This document shows, one piece after another, positions 1 to 9,141 of a DNA stretch of 42,263 nt (its first letter is position 1; each line of letters opens with the position of its first letter). The notes under the pieces were generated by a model that was not told where the DNA came from, made no database searches, and saw only the letters and a list, made by a program, of their open reading frames with translations. This DNA is from an uncultured Acidimicrobiales bacterium. Lineage in GTDB: Bacteria; Actinomycetota; Acidimicrobiia; Acidimicrobiales; SHLQ01. The translations under genes and the position numbers were made by a program. The DNA lies in NCBI GenBank assembly GCA_964494395.1, contig CAZBTI010000005.1, positions 12,830-55,092 on the forward strand, in the 5' to 3' direction.

Positions 1-53
1 TCCGCTGTCTCCGCAGCGCCCTCCGCTGTCTCCGCAGCGCCCTCCGCTGTCTC
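1..53. repeat. 21-bp tandem repeat, about 2.5 copies visible, encoding ETAEGAA linker units
   Basis: TCCGCTGTCTCCGCAGCGCCC at 1-21 and 22-42, with a partial copy from 43. Confidence 0.9.
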
Positions 54-152
54 GGCGACGCCAGTTTGTGCTGCTTCGCCTGCCGATCCGCAGGCAGCGG
101 CGAACAGCGCAACGCTCATGAGTGGCGCGAGCATCTTTGGCGAAATCGACAT
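3..152 (-). CDS. N-terminus of a lipoprotein, running off the window edge
   Basis: Manual translation from ATG at 152 gives MSISPKMLAPLMSVALFAAACGSAGEAAQTGVAETAEGAAETAEGAAETA, a hydrophobic signal with lipobox FAAAC. It is not in the ORF track because it is truncated. Confidence 0.75.
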   Translation of the reverse strand, partial: MSISPKMLAPLMSVALFAAACGSAGEAAQTGVAETAEGAAETAEGAAETA

Positions 153-216
153 AGGCACTAGTTCACCACGGCGCAGACCGAATGTGCTGCTCAGGCCGGC
201 GGTGTTCTGATCAGGT

Positions 217-813
217 TCAGCTCGGACGTTCGGCGATGAGATCGATCAGCGCAGCTCGCCCGACGTGCGCTGTGCCTGAATCCTGTTCCCGCAGATAGCT
301 CGCAAGCCGGAGAATCTTCCAGTCGGCGAAGGCCTCGGCGAGTAAGTCCTCGGTGTACATGTTCTCGGCGACTGGCGGACCACCAGTTCCAAGCTCGACC
401 TGTTCGGGGGTGAAGCCATGAAGGAGCAGTCGACCACCGGGCTTGGTCGCTGCCTGAAGATCGGCGAACTGTTGTGGTCTTTGGCTCGGGACCGCGAATT
501 GGACGAAAATCGCCACGGTGAGGTCGAACTGCTGAGACCAATCCCACGCCCCCCACTCCGACACATGCGCATCGACGCTGACACCGGCGGAGGCTGCAAG
601 TTCTGCGGTGCGCCCAATCGCTGTGGTGGACAGATCGAACGACGTCGCCTCAAGACCCTGTTGCGCGAGGTAGACCGCATTCCGACCTTCTCCGTCGGCC
701 ACACAAAGCGCAGTGCCTGCGCCCTGGAAGACCCAAGGGTTCTCCCGAAGGACATGAGCCGGCGCCCGTCCGAACAGGTAGTCAGCATGGTTTGCGTAGC
801 GGTCTTCCCACAC
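217..813 (-). CDS. Class I SAM-dependent methyltransferase (TehB-like / Methyltransf_25-type)
   Basis: WEDRY..YLFG, ALCVADGEGRN (SAM motif I), FDLS, KPGG motifs. Start moved from 852 to GTG 813 because TAGAGT lies 8 nt upstream and a terminator-like hairpin occupies 838-865. Confidence 0.85.
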   Translation of the reverse strand: MWEDRYANHADYLFGRAPAHVLRENPWVFQGAGTALCVADGEGRNAVYLAQQGLEATSFDLSTTAIGRTAELAASAGVSVDAHVSEWGAWDWSQQFDLTVAIFVQFAVPSQRPQQFADLQAATKPGGRLLLHGFTPEQVELGTGGPPVAENMYTEDLLAEAFADWKILRLASYLREQDSGTAHVGRAALIDLIAERPS

Positions 814-837
814 GAGGACGAACTCTAAAACGCGAGA

Positions 838-865
838 GACCCCGCCCGACAAATCGGGCGAGGTC
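838..865 (-). terminator. Hairpin, probable terminator of the 931-3483 gene
   Basis: GACC-C-CGCCCGA-caaa-TCGGGCG-A-GGTC stem-loop, followed on the minus strand by TCTCGCGTTTT. Confidence 0.6.
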
Positions 866-930
866 GCACGCTACTCATGGTTTGTTTGTGGCTATCGAGC
901 GGAGGACACCGCCTAGACAGCCACTAGGAA

Positions 931-3483
931 CTAACCGATGGAGACGAGGCCCTGCGTGTCGATCTCTGGGAGACCGTCGCTGATGACCTGGGTCTGGGTA
1001 AGGGTGCCGTCTTCAGCTACGTCGAAGACGTAAATTTCACCGCTGAGACCAGCAAGCTGGTACAGCTGGTTGCCGTCTGGGCTGACGTCGAGGTCGATCC
1101 ATCCGTCGGTGGTACCGAAGGTGGTAGGACCGTCAACAGCGAGGCCTTCCTCAGCAAAGCCGCTTACGCCAGCAGCTGCCACCGTGTCGAGAACCGTCAC
1201 GGTTCCGTCAGCGTTGAGCTCGAAGCTGGAGATGGTGGCGTTGATAGCGTTGGAGACGAAGAAGGTTGTTCCGTTTCCGTGGAAGTCGATCCAGCAAGCG
1301 GTGAGCTGCTGTCCGTCAGCGCCGAATGCGTTCGGAGCTGCAGGATCGCCGTCAGTCGTAGCGAGGTCACTCTCGGTGATGGTGAGCGAACCGTCAGCGG
1401 CAAGCTCGTATACCGTTACCGAACCAGCCTGGAGGGCTGGAAGCGCAGGTGGATCACCAGCTGCGTTGAACTCACGTGCCTCGGTGACTACAACAAACTC
1501 GCTGTCGCCGACCGTCTGGATATCGAAGTCGATAGCCGATGGAAGGTTACGACCCTCAGCGTTGTCACGGAGCGTTGGGGTGCCGGTGTCGGCAAGCGAG
1601 AGCTCACCGTTGTCCGCTACCGCAAAGCTGTATACCGATGCCTCAGCGTTTGGACCGGTCAGCTGGTTCGAACCAGACGTGATCGACGAAACGATGATTG
1701 CGCTGCCGTCGGCGTTGAAGCCGATGTTTGCAGGACGGTTGTCGAGGTCAGCGACGTAACCGGTTGGGCTGAGCTCGCCGGTCTCCGAAAGGCTGAATCC
1801 GACGACGTTTCCTTCATCGTTAGGCTCGCCACGGGTGGTACCGGCTTCGCCAAGCGCCAGACCGTCACGGTCGATGTTGGTTACGAAGACGTTGCCGTTC
1901 TGTACGGCGACCGAGTTCGGTCCTACGCCGCCCGAAGGCACGACCGAGATCAGCTCAAGGCTGAAGTCGTCGTTGATGTAGAACGAGCTGATCGTGTCTG
2001 AACCAGCGTTCACGGTGAGCAGGAACTGCTCGTCTTCGGTGACTACAACCGAGTCAGCTGAGATGAGTGGGTCGAGACCTTCACCGCCGTCGAACTCCGT
2101 CGAGCCGGCGCCGCCGGTTGCGAAGTTACCTACGTGAGTGAGGGTTCCGTCCGCTGCACGCTCGAACGCTGCAATCTCGTTGTTCTCGAGATCGTTGGTT
2201 CCAACGAATACAGCACCAGCTGCTTCTTCAACAGGAATAACTGACCATGCGGTCGACGCACCTGGGGTGGTGCTGGTGTTGACGTTGAAGCCAGGACGGG
2301 TTGCGTTGAGCAAACGGCCACTGTCGACGTTCACGATGTAGTACGCACCATCGCCTGCGTCTTCGAGGGTCCAACGGATACCTACGTCAGTAGAGTCGGC
2401 GAGGCCAACGTTGTATCCGGTTTCGCCTCCGTCAGCGTCCAGGAAACGGCCGGTGTAGGCGTTCTGGATGTAGACGTCGCCGTCGCCAGCGTCGAGGGTC
2501 TGCCACTCGGTGGTTGTGTGAGGAACGGTGACGGTGTCAGCGTTGCCAAACGATGCCTCGAGGTAACGGCCAAACTCGCCGTCGACGAGACGGAAGGTCG
2601 ATGGCGCATCAGCGTCATCGCCAGAGTCAGCAGCGGCGTCGCCAGCGACAACGCTTCCCTCGAAGAGCGGACCAACAGCCGACTGGGTGTTGATTGCAGC
2701 GCCGAGATCGATGGTTACACGAGCGAGAAGCTCGTCATCTGCAACTGCGCCCGAGCCGTCAGAACCAATCGTGGTGCCTGCAGCGGTCTGGAGACCGATG
2801 AGGTTGTCGAAACCTGCGTGAGGACCAGCGACGCCCGTTGGGTCGTCGGTCGACTCGCCAGATCCCTCACCGTCAAAGCCGAGCGAGAAGCCAGCAGCGC
2901 CAAGAGCGTTGTTGACCTCGGTGCCTGCGTCGACGATGTCGGAGCCGTAGATGTCGATGGTTACTGGACCGGTGAAGTTTCCGTCAGCATCGAAGATCTG
3001 GATGAGATCGTCGTTGCCGAAGAATGCATCGTTGGTTGGGATGAACATCGAAGCAAACGATACGTACTGGTATGCAGCAGGGTTGCGTACGTCGATCGAA
3101 CCGGAGATGACCTCTCCCGGTGAGATGAACTGTACTTCGCCGTTGCCGACCGTTGCTTGGAGGCGTCCGCCCCGAGCAAACTCTGAGCCGAGCAGTTCGG
3201 TGTTGCCACCTTCTGCCAAAGACTCGAGGCCAGGGGTTACGCGCTCTCCAACGTTGTAGAGGTCGAAGTCTTCGCTGTGAAGGCCAACCCATGGCTCGGT
3301 GAAGAAGAACCCGTCAGCGGGCTGCAGGTTCTCGAACGTGAACGTCACGGCATCTGCCGCAGCGATCTCTTGTGCTTGAAGATCGGCCGATCCGACAGCG
3401 ACGGTGGTGGACACCATCGCTAGAGCGAGGAACGCTGAGAAGCGACTCCGGCCCACTTTGCGACCATTGCGGTCATGACTCAT
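931..3483 (-). CDS. Large acidic secreted protein: spondin_N domain, ricin-type beta-trefoil-like repeats and lactonase-family beta-propeller
   Basis: Signal peptide; FENLQP..FFFTEPWVGLH, LESLAEGG, SFASMFIPTNDAF, DAGTEVN (spondin_N); WxxxDAGDGxxYIxNxxxGRxL repeats; C-terminal NAGSDTISSF, CWIDF, IDLDVSPDGNQLY propeller blades; RBS AGGAG upstream. Confidence 0.75.
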   Translation of the reverse strand: MSHDRNGRKVGRSRFSAFLALAMVSTTVAVGSADLQAQEIAAADAVTFTFENLQPADGFFFTEPWVGLHSEDFDLYNVGERVTPGLESLAEGGNTELLGSEFARGGRLQATVGNGEVQFISPGEVISGSIDVRNPAAYQYVSFASMFIPTNDAFFGNDDLIQIFDADGNFTGPVTIDIYGSDIVDAGTEVNNALGAAGFSLGFDGEGSGESTDDPTGVAGPHAGFDNLIGLQTAAGTTIGSDGSGAVADDELLARVTIDLGAAINTQSAVGPLFEGSVVAGDAAADSGDDADAPSTFRLVDGEFGRYLEASFGNADTVTVPHTTTEWQTLDAGDGDVYIQNAYTGRFLDADGGETGYNVGLADSTDVGIRWTLEDAGDGAYYIVNVDSGRLLNATRPGFNVNTSTTPGASTAWSVIPVEEAAGAVFVGTNDLENNEIAAFERAADGTLTHVGNFATGGAGSTEFDGGEGLDPLISADSVVVTEDEQFLLTVNAGSDTISSFYINDDFSLELISVVPSGGVGPNSVAVQNGNVFVTNIDRDGLALGEAGTTRGEPNDEGNVVGFSLSETGELSPTGYVADLDNRPANIGFNADGSAIIVSSITSGSNQLTGPNAEASVYSFAVADNGELSLADTGTPTLRDNAEGRNLPSAIDFDIQTVGDSEFVVVTEAREFNAAGDPPALPALQAGSVTVYELAADGSLTITESDLATTDGDPAAPNAFGADGQQLTACWIDFHGNGTTFFVSNAINATISSFELNADGTVTVLDTVAAAGVSGFAEEGLAVDGPTTFGTTDGWIDLDVSPDGNQLYQLAGLSGEIYVFDVAEDGTLTQTQVISDGLPEIDTQGLVSIG

Positions 3484-4031
3484 TTGCAAACTCCTAAGTA
3501 GTTTCGTTACCCGCCAAATGCGTGGTAACGGAAATGCAACCTAGGGAAGAAATGCGTTCACTACTATCGACAACTGATGAACGAGTTTCCGATTCGTTCA
3601 TCTCCCATTCTCAACTACTCTGCGTGGTCGTATTTCTACCGCTTTCTCGCTTTTTAGCGGAGGTCTTTTTACTCCCGCATCACACGCGAACCTGGAAGGT
3701 ACTGACGCTCAAAAGGCCCTTGTTTTATGGCTTTTTGTCAAACATCAGGTCGACCCTTCAAGTAGTTGTCAATAGGTCAAATTACCCCTTCAACCTTTCT
3801 TAAGCGCAGAGAGTGAGAACGCCGAGAGTCACTGTAGAGGTTGTGAACATTTGAGTACCAACAGTCGTTTTATCAAATCACAACAGCTTCATGAGGGAAA
3901 AGCGACTACTCTGCGTGATCAATATGGCGAAATTCCGCTCGAAACGCCACTAAGCCGCATGCAGTCGGCGGTCGAAAAGTAACGCCTCTTTGTGCAAGGC
4001 CGGGGATAGCTTCCTGGGTAAGCCAGCGGGT

Positions 4032-4586
4032 CTAGGTTGCTGAGCCCTCGAGCGACTTCCGTTCGTAGGTGAGCTGGACCATCCCGTTTTGGTAGGTCTT
4101 GGTCGCCAGGTGATCGAGCCACTGTGGGGCGTCGAGACCGCCGAGAAGGGGTATGCCTTCTCCGCGGACCACAGGCAGAATCGACACGATCATCGAGCAG
4201 AGGAGTCCGGTGTTGATGAAGCTCGACACGAGTTGGCCTCCATCGATATAGATCTTCTTCCAACGACGACCTTCGGCGAGGTTTGCGAGTGCTTCAGGGC
4301 TGCCACGAAAGATCTCGCAGTCCTTTGCGTTGTCGGGAAGTTCGGTCATCGAACTCGACATGACCACGACCGGCTTATTCCATGGCCACTCGTCGACGAG
4401 CGCAACGACAGTCTCGAACGTCCGGCGCCCCATGACTAGGGCGTCTACATCGGAGGTGAAGGCAAGGTAGCCGTAGTCCTCCCCCTCGATCGGGGGCATC
4501 TCATCGAGCCAGTCGAGTTCGTCATTTGGCCCGGCGATAAAGCCGTCGAGGCTCATTCCGAGGAAGGCGTCGAAGCGGACGGTCAT
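4032..4586 (-). CDS. Dihydrofolate reductase family protein (RibD C-terminal domain)
   Basis: MSLDGFIAGP, LVMGRRTFE, IYIDGG, PVVRGEGIPL motifs; 4-nt overlap with upstream gene. Confidence 0.9.
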   Translation of the reverse strand: MTVRFDAFLGMSLDGFIAGPNDELDWLDEMPPIEGEDYGYLAFTSDVDALVMGRRTFETVVALVDEWPWNKPVVVMSSSMTELPDNAKDCEIFRGSPEALANLAEGRRWKKIYIDGGQLVSSFINTGLLCSMIVSILPVVRGEGIPLLGGLDAPQWLDHLATKTYQNGMVQLTYERKSLEGSAT

Positions 4587-5005
4587 TGGTTCACCTGCCC
4601 CACGACCGACAGTGGTGTGAAGGTCGCGAGCAAGCGCCCTTCCTCGACCATCGCCGCCCGATACTCATCCCAATTCGGGTGTGGCCCACCAGAGATATCT
4701 TCGTAGTACTTCACGAGAGCGTCGTTTGTATCGTCGTCGACTGCGGTGGTGGCCGTGCTTAGTTCGACGGTTCCGTCGAAGGAGACGTAGCTCCATTCGT
4801 CGGGTGCACTGATGTGGAGGACGATTCGGTTGTCGCGGCGCATGTTCTTGGTCTTGGCGCGGCTCTCGGTCAGCGAGATCACGAATGTCTCGTTCTCGAT
4901 GACGTAGACGATGTCGGACGATTGTGCCCTACCGTCTTTTCGTAGGGTGATGAGGGCGGCGTGCTTTCGGGTGCCAGCCCAGCCGAGTGCAGTCGAGAGG
5001 TCCAT
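4583..5005 (-). CDS. PPOX class F420-dependent oxidoreductase
   Basis: LITLRKDGRAQSS, RAKTKNMRRD, HPNWDEYRAAMVEEGR motifs. Confidence 0.9.
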   Translation of the reverse strand: MDLSTALGWAGTRKHAALITLRKDGRAQSSDIVYVIENETFVISLTESRAKTKNMRRDNRIVLHISAPDEWSYVSFDGTVELSTATTAVDDDTNDALVKYYEDISGGPHPNWDEYRAAMVEEGRLLATFTPLSVVGQVNQ

Positions 5006-5045
5006 CGCCTCAGGCTAGTAAGGTGACGCCTCCAAGGGAGATCTC

Positions 5046-5525
5046 ATGAGCCTGCAATCCAACAGCGATGGCTGGCACCTCGCACAGTTGAACATCGGGC
5101 TCTTCAATCACCCGCTCGAACACCCTGAAATGGCCGAGTTCGTCGACAATCTGGATCGCATCAACACGCTCGCTGAAGGGGCACCCGGTTTTGTCTGGCG
5201 CCTCACCAGCGACGAGGGCGAATCGTCGAGCTATGTCGATGTCCCGGGAGCAACAGACCCGCTCGTCGCTCCAAACCTTTCGGTGTGGACCGGCGTCGAG
5301 GCATTGCGAGAGTTCATGTTCAAGACCGATCACGTGCACTATCTGCGTCGTCGGGCCGATTGGTTTCAGAAGCAAGACGGTCCACTTGCGGTGCTCTGGT
5401 GGATCCCAGCGGGAACAGTCCCCACACTCGAAGACAGTGTTCGCCGGCTCGACGTGCTCAAGGAGAAAGGCCCCTCAGAAGTTGGATGGACCTTTCGGGA
5501 GCCCTTCCCTACACCGACGCCTTAG
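5046..5525 (+). CDS. DUF3291 domain protein
   Basis: HLAQLNIG, FVDNLDRINTLAEGAPGFVWRL, NLSVW, LRRRADWF, VLWWIPAG, GPS motifs. Confidence 0.85.
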   Translation: MSLQSNSDGWHLAQLNIGLFNHPLEHPEMAEFVDNLDRINTLAEGAPGFVWRLTSDEGESSSYVDVPGATDPLVAPNLSVWTGVEALREFMFKTDHVHYLRRRADWFQKQDGPLAVLWWIPAGTVPTLEDSVRRLDVLKEKGPSEVGWTFREPFPTPTP

Positions 5526-6526
5526 GCGTAGGTCGGTAGGCGCAAGCTCGACGTAGCCCCTTGGTCGAGCGGAGCTGGGCCGTCGGAGTGCATGCGCCAC
5601 CAGCCCGCTGCGGCAACCATCGCTGCGTTGTCCGTACACATTGATCGAGTCGGCACAAAGGCTTCGATACCATCTTGGGCGGCGAGGTCGACCGTGCGCT
5701 GTCGCAGGGACGAATTCGCAGCAACACCTCCGGCCAGGCACAAACCTTTGGCTCCGTACTCGTGCACGGCGCGTTGCGCCTTGGTCAACAGCACGTCGAC
5801 CACCGCCTCTTGGAACGAGGCCGCAATATCGACATCGGCTACGTCGGGGTTCTTGCGGACGAAGTTCACGACCGATGTCTTGAGGCCGGAGAAGGAGAAG
5901 TCGTAGCCGTCTTTGGCCATAGCCCGAGGGAAGCGAACCGCTTCGGGGTTTCCGTCGAGGGCCATCTTGTCGATGATTGGACCGCCGGGGTAGCCGAGGC
6001 CGAGGTAGCGGGCGACCTTGTCGTAGGCCTCGCCCGCAGCATCGTCGAGCGTCTGACCGAGGAGGCGATACTGTCCGTGGCCCTCCATGAGTACGAGCAT
6101 CGTGTGACCACCTGAAACAAGGAGTACGACGACGGGCAGTTCGAGATCAGGTTCTTCGAGGAACGACGCGTACAGGTGGGCTTCGAGATGGTTGACCGCA
6201 ATGAACGGCTTGTCCCAGACGAGAGCGAGCGACTTTGCGGCGCTGACACCGATGAGGAGTGAGCCGATCAGGCCTGGGCCGACCGTGCACGCAATGGCGC
6301 TGAGGTCGTCCTTGTCGACACCGGCCTCGACCATTGCCTCAGCAACGACGGGCATCATCATCTCGACATGTGCTCGGCTTGCGACCTCCGGCACCACTCC
6401 CCCGTACCGGGCGTGAATGTCGATCTGGCTGGACACGATGTTCGATCGAACATCGCTGCCATCGGCAACGATCGCTGCAGCCGTCTCGTCGCAACTCGTC
6501 TCGATTCCCAAGATCAATTCAGCCAT
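5522..6526 (-). CDS. tsaD: tRNA N6-threonylcarbamoyladenosine transferase TsaD
   Basis: LGIETSCDET, GGVVPEVASRAH, NHLEAH, VSGGHT, DDAAGEAYDK, FSFSGLKT, CTDNAAM. Confidence 0.98.
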   Translation of the reverse strand: MAELILGIETSCDETAAAIVADGSDVRSNIVSSQIDIHARYGGVVPEVASRAHVEMMMPVVAEAMVEAGVDKDDLSAIACTVGPGLIGSLLIGVSAAKSLALVWDKPFIAVNHLEAHLYASFLEEPDLELPVVVLLVSGGHTMLVLMEGHGQYRLLGQTLDDAAGEAYDKVARYLGLGYPGGPIIDKMALDGNPEAVRFPRAMAKDGYDFSFSGLKTSVVNFVRKNPDVADVDIAASFQEAVVDVLLTKAQRAVHEYGAKGLCLAGGVAANSSLRQRTVDLAAQDGIEAFVPTRSMCTDNAAMVAAAGWWRMHSDGPAPLDQGATSSLRLPTYA

Positions 6527-6530
6527 GGAA

Positions 6531-7019
6531 TCAGGCTACCTCCGTGGGGTCTGACCCCAATTTGGTCAGTAACCGGGCCGTCATGATGTATGCGTCCTCG
6601 CCGTTGTCGGCGTAGTAGCCAGGTCGGCGCCCCATGACCGCCAGGCCGTGGCGCTCGTAGAGGGCGATCGCTGGAAGATTGCTTTGCCGCACTTCGAGCG
6701 TGAGCTCGTAGTAGCCGCCTTCGGTTGCAGCTTCCCTGAGCCTGTTCATAATCGCCATACCAATCCCTTGGCGTCGAAAGTCTTCGGAGACCGCGATCGT
6801 CGCTACATGAGCCTGATCGCCGAGGAACATGAGGCCGCCATGCCCAACGATGGTCGAGTCTCGCTCGGCGACGAGGTGTACCCGACCGGGGTCGGTGACC
6901 TGGGCAATAGTCCAGCCTTCCGACCACGGAGACGGGAACGAAGAGCGATCGATTGCACGAATATCACGAACGTCGCCAATCTCAGCCCGCCGAAGACTGA
7001 ACATGGAGTCCTCGTTCAC
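6531..7019 (-). CDS. rimI: Ribosomal protein S18 alanine N-acetyltransferase RimI
   Basis: FPSPWS, RRQGIG, TLEVRQSN..AIALY, RPGYY..EDA; located between tsaB and tsaD. Confidence 0.92.
   Translation of the reverse strand: MNEDSMFSLRRAEIGDVRDIRAIDRSSFPSPWSEGWTIAQVTDPGRVHLVAERDSTIVGHGGLMFLGDQAHVATIAVSEDFRRQGIGMAIMNRLREAATEGGYYELTLEVRQSNLPAIALYERHGLAVMGRRPGYYADNGEDAYIMTARLLTKLGSDPTEVA
6545..6559. repeat. REP-core palindrome inside the 3' end of rimI
   Basis: TGGGGTC-T-GACCCCA, same GGGTCTGACCC core as the RAYT-flanking units. Confidence 0.6.
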
Positions 7020-7717
7020 GATCGACCGTCACGAACCTTCCAGTTGATCTCCGCGTCGGGCAGCCGGATGTACATCGGTTCGATCTCGCTCGGCGAGACG
7101 AACTCTTCCCGCATGGCCTTGGGGTGTGCCAGTTCGACCAACGAACGAGCCGAGGGATACCAGAGCCCGTTGCCGGCGAATTCGGCGCCGGAGATTTTCT
7201 CGAAGTGCTCGCGATAACGCTCGGCGCCGTCGCCGAGGAACAGTACTTCTTCGGACAGCGTTACGAGATCGGCTGCCAACTCTTCGGGAGTCGACACGGC
7301 GGGTTCGGTGATGCGCTGGACCTCGCCGAAAACAGATCGGTAGTGCGCTGAGAAGACCTCGCCGCGTCGGGCGTCGTAGCACGGGACGATGAGTCGAGAG
7401 GAGTGTGAAGCTGCGAAAGCTCCGAGGTCGAGGCTCGACACACCGACCATCGGAACGCCCAGACCGTGAGCGACGGCCATGGCCGAAGCAATGCCCACTC
7501 GCAGCCCCGTGAAGAGACCGGGGCCGATATCGACCGCGACGGCGCCGATCTCGTTCAGTTCGACACGGGCCTGTTCGCACACGAACTTGATCTGCGGGGT
7601 AATGCTCTCGGCGTGGCGGCGGTCTTTCGATGAGTGTGCCGAGGCAAGCACGCCCTCGTGCCCACCAATGGCTACGCCCACCTGCGCCGTCGCTGATTCG
7701 ATTCCAAGGATCAGCAC
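7016..7717 (-). CDS. tsaB: TsaB, t6A complex dimerization subunit
   Basis: ILGIESAT, HAE, GPGLFTGLRVG, DARRGEV, EPMYIR. Start GTG 7717 overlaps the tsaE stop (GTGCTGA). Confidence 0.95.
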   Translation of the reverse strand: MLILGIESATAQVGVAIGGHEGVLASAHSSKDRRHAESITPQIKFVCEQARVELNEIGAVAVDIGPGLFTGLRVGIASAMAVAHGLGVPMVGVSSLDLGAFAASHSSRLIVPCYDARRGEVFSAHYRSVFGEVQRITEPAVSTPEELAADLVTLSEEVLFLGDGAERYREHFEKISGAEFAGNGLWYPSARSLVELAHPKAMREEFVSPSEIEPMYIRLPDAEINWKVRDGRS

Positions 7718-8196
7718 GCTTCGTCTCCAGAGCCAGCGAGCGCCTCGAGTGCACTGCAGCGGGCCATCCACCGATCGCCGACGGGCCGAAGTTCGATGCT
7801 GCGATCGTCGTCGCCTTCACCAAAGGTGAAGCGGACTTCGAGAAAGTCTGGGGGCAGCATGGGCATAATGGCGTCGCCCCACTCGATGAGGACCACACCG
7901 CCCGAATCGAGCAGATCGGGGAGGTCGAGGTCGAGCACCTCCGCCATTTGCTCGAGTCGGTAGACGTCGAGGTGGTGCAAGGTCAGACGACCCTCGTACT
8001 CGCGAGCGAGCGTGAATGTGGGGCTGGTCATGGGCTCGTCGATTCCGAGCGCCTTTCCATACGCCTTAGAGAATGCCGTCTTGCCGGCCCCCAAATCGCC
8101 GACGAGAACGAGGACATCGCCGCCCTCGGCGAGGTCGGCGAGCCCTGAGGCCAGTTCGCTGGTGTCGTCAGCCGAAGACGAGAGGACCGTGATCAC
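7711..8196 (-). CDS. tsaE: TsaE ATPase
   Basis: GDLGAGKT Walker A, SPTFTL, HLDVYRL, IEWG. Confidence 0.97.
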   Translation of the reverse strand: MITVLSSSADDTSELASGLADLAEGGDVLVLVGDLGAGKTAFSKAYGKALGIDEPMTSPTFTLAREYEGRLTLHHLDVYRLEQMAEVLDLDLPDLLDSGGVVLIEWGDAIMPMLPPDFLEVRFTFGEGDDDRSIELRPVGDRWMARCSALEALAGSGDEAC

Positions 8197-8222
8197 AGGA
8201 CAGATTCTACGGCATGGAGCTT

Positions 8223-9110
8223 CTAGGACACGGCGTCCTCGGTGCGGATGGCTTGCTCGACCGCTGATGCGACGAGGATCCGGACGGTTGCCTCATCGGC
8301 CGCGACCTCGGGCTTCGCAACCACGACGAGTGCATCGCCGTCGCTCGGACCGTGGGCTGGAAACACCGCACGAGCCAAACCATCGTGACCCGCTTCGGCG
8401 AGAGACCGGCATTGTGCCTTCGTGGTCGTGTCCTCCGAGAGCTTTGCATTGGTGGCGATTAGACCGATGGTCGTGTTCTCGCCGAACGGCGACTCAACCT
8501 CGGGCCACTCGAACGTCCCCTCGGCCAATTCGCGCCGAGCAGTGTCGGCTCGTTCGCCGACATCGCCAGCGGCGTTAACCGCCACCAGCGCAGCCACAAT
8601 CACGTCGTCCTTGCGAGCAACAGCGAACCTGAGCCCTACTGGGTATGCGTGCTCGACACCCCGCCACTTCCCCGCTGTCGCCCCAGCACCCGCACCGACC
8701 AGACCCACATCGAAGATGGACGACACCTCGTTGAGCGCAGCGTCGCCCTCGGGAACACCCGGCCAACGCATTGCATTGCCAACATCGAGATCGTAGAGCG
8801 ACATCGCAACGACGATCGGCACACGACCGTGCGCTGTCTCAAACCCAATGTCTTGGGCCCGGAGCGAGCGGGCCACACCATCGGCGGCGGAGAGGCCAAA
8901 GGCCGATCCGCCCGACAGCACAACCGCATGAATCGACTCGACCATCTTCGTGGGTTCGAGCAATGCGAACTCTCGGGTCGCTGGAGCGCCACCGCGCACC
9001 TCCCCCGATGCAACGACATCTCCCAGCACGCGAACGACGGTGCAACCGGTCTGCGCCCCGGAATCGGTCCAGTGACCAACCTCCAACCAACCAAACGGCG
9101 ACTTCGCCAT
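8223..9110 (-). CDS. P1/S58 (DmpA-like) peptidase
   Basis: TGCTV, RGGAPATRE, LSGGSAFGL, GAGAGA, NTTIG, HDGLARA..PAH..DGD. Confidence 0.9.
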   Translation of the reverse strand: MAKSPFGWLEVGHWTDSGAQTGCTVVRVLGDVVASGEVRGGAPATREFALLEPTKMVESIHAVVLSGGSAFGLSAADGVARSLRAQDIGFETAHGRVPIVVAMSLYDLDVGNAMRWPGVPEGDAALNEVSSIFDVGLVGAGAGATAGKWRGVEHAYPVGLRFAVARKDDVIVAALVAVNAAGDVGERADTARRELAEGTFEWPEVESPFGENTTIGLIATNAKLSEDTTTKAQCRSLAEAGHDGLARAVFPAHGPSDGDALVVVAKPEVAADEATVRILVASAVEQAIRTEDAVS

Positions 9111-9141
9111 GACGCCTCCCAGGGCAGCTACGGTTCACTTC

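Noticed and set aside
3522-3803. 93-aa plus-strand ORF in the AT-richer intergenic region
   Set aside because: Atypical composition, no motif, and it overlaps the probable promoter/leader of the secreted protein gene.
7718-7771. Longer tsaB start given in the ORF track
   Set aside because: It overlaps tsaE; the TsaB motif begins at GTG 7717.
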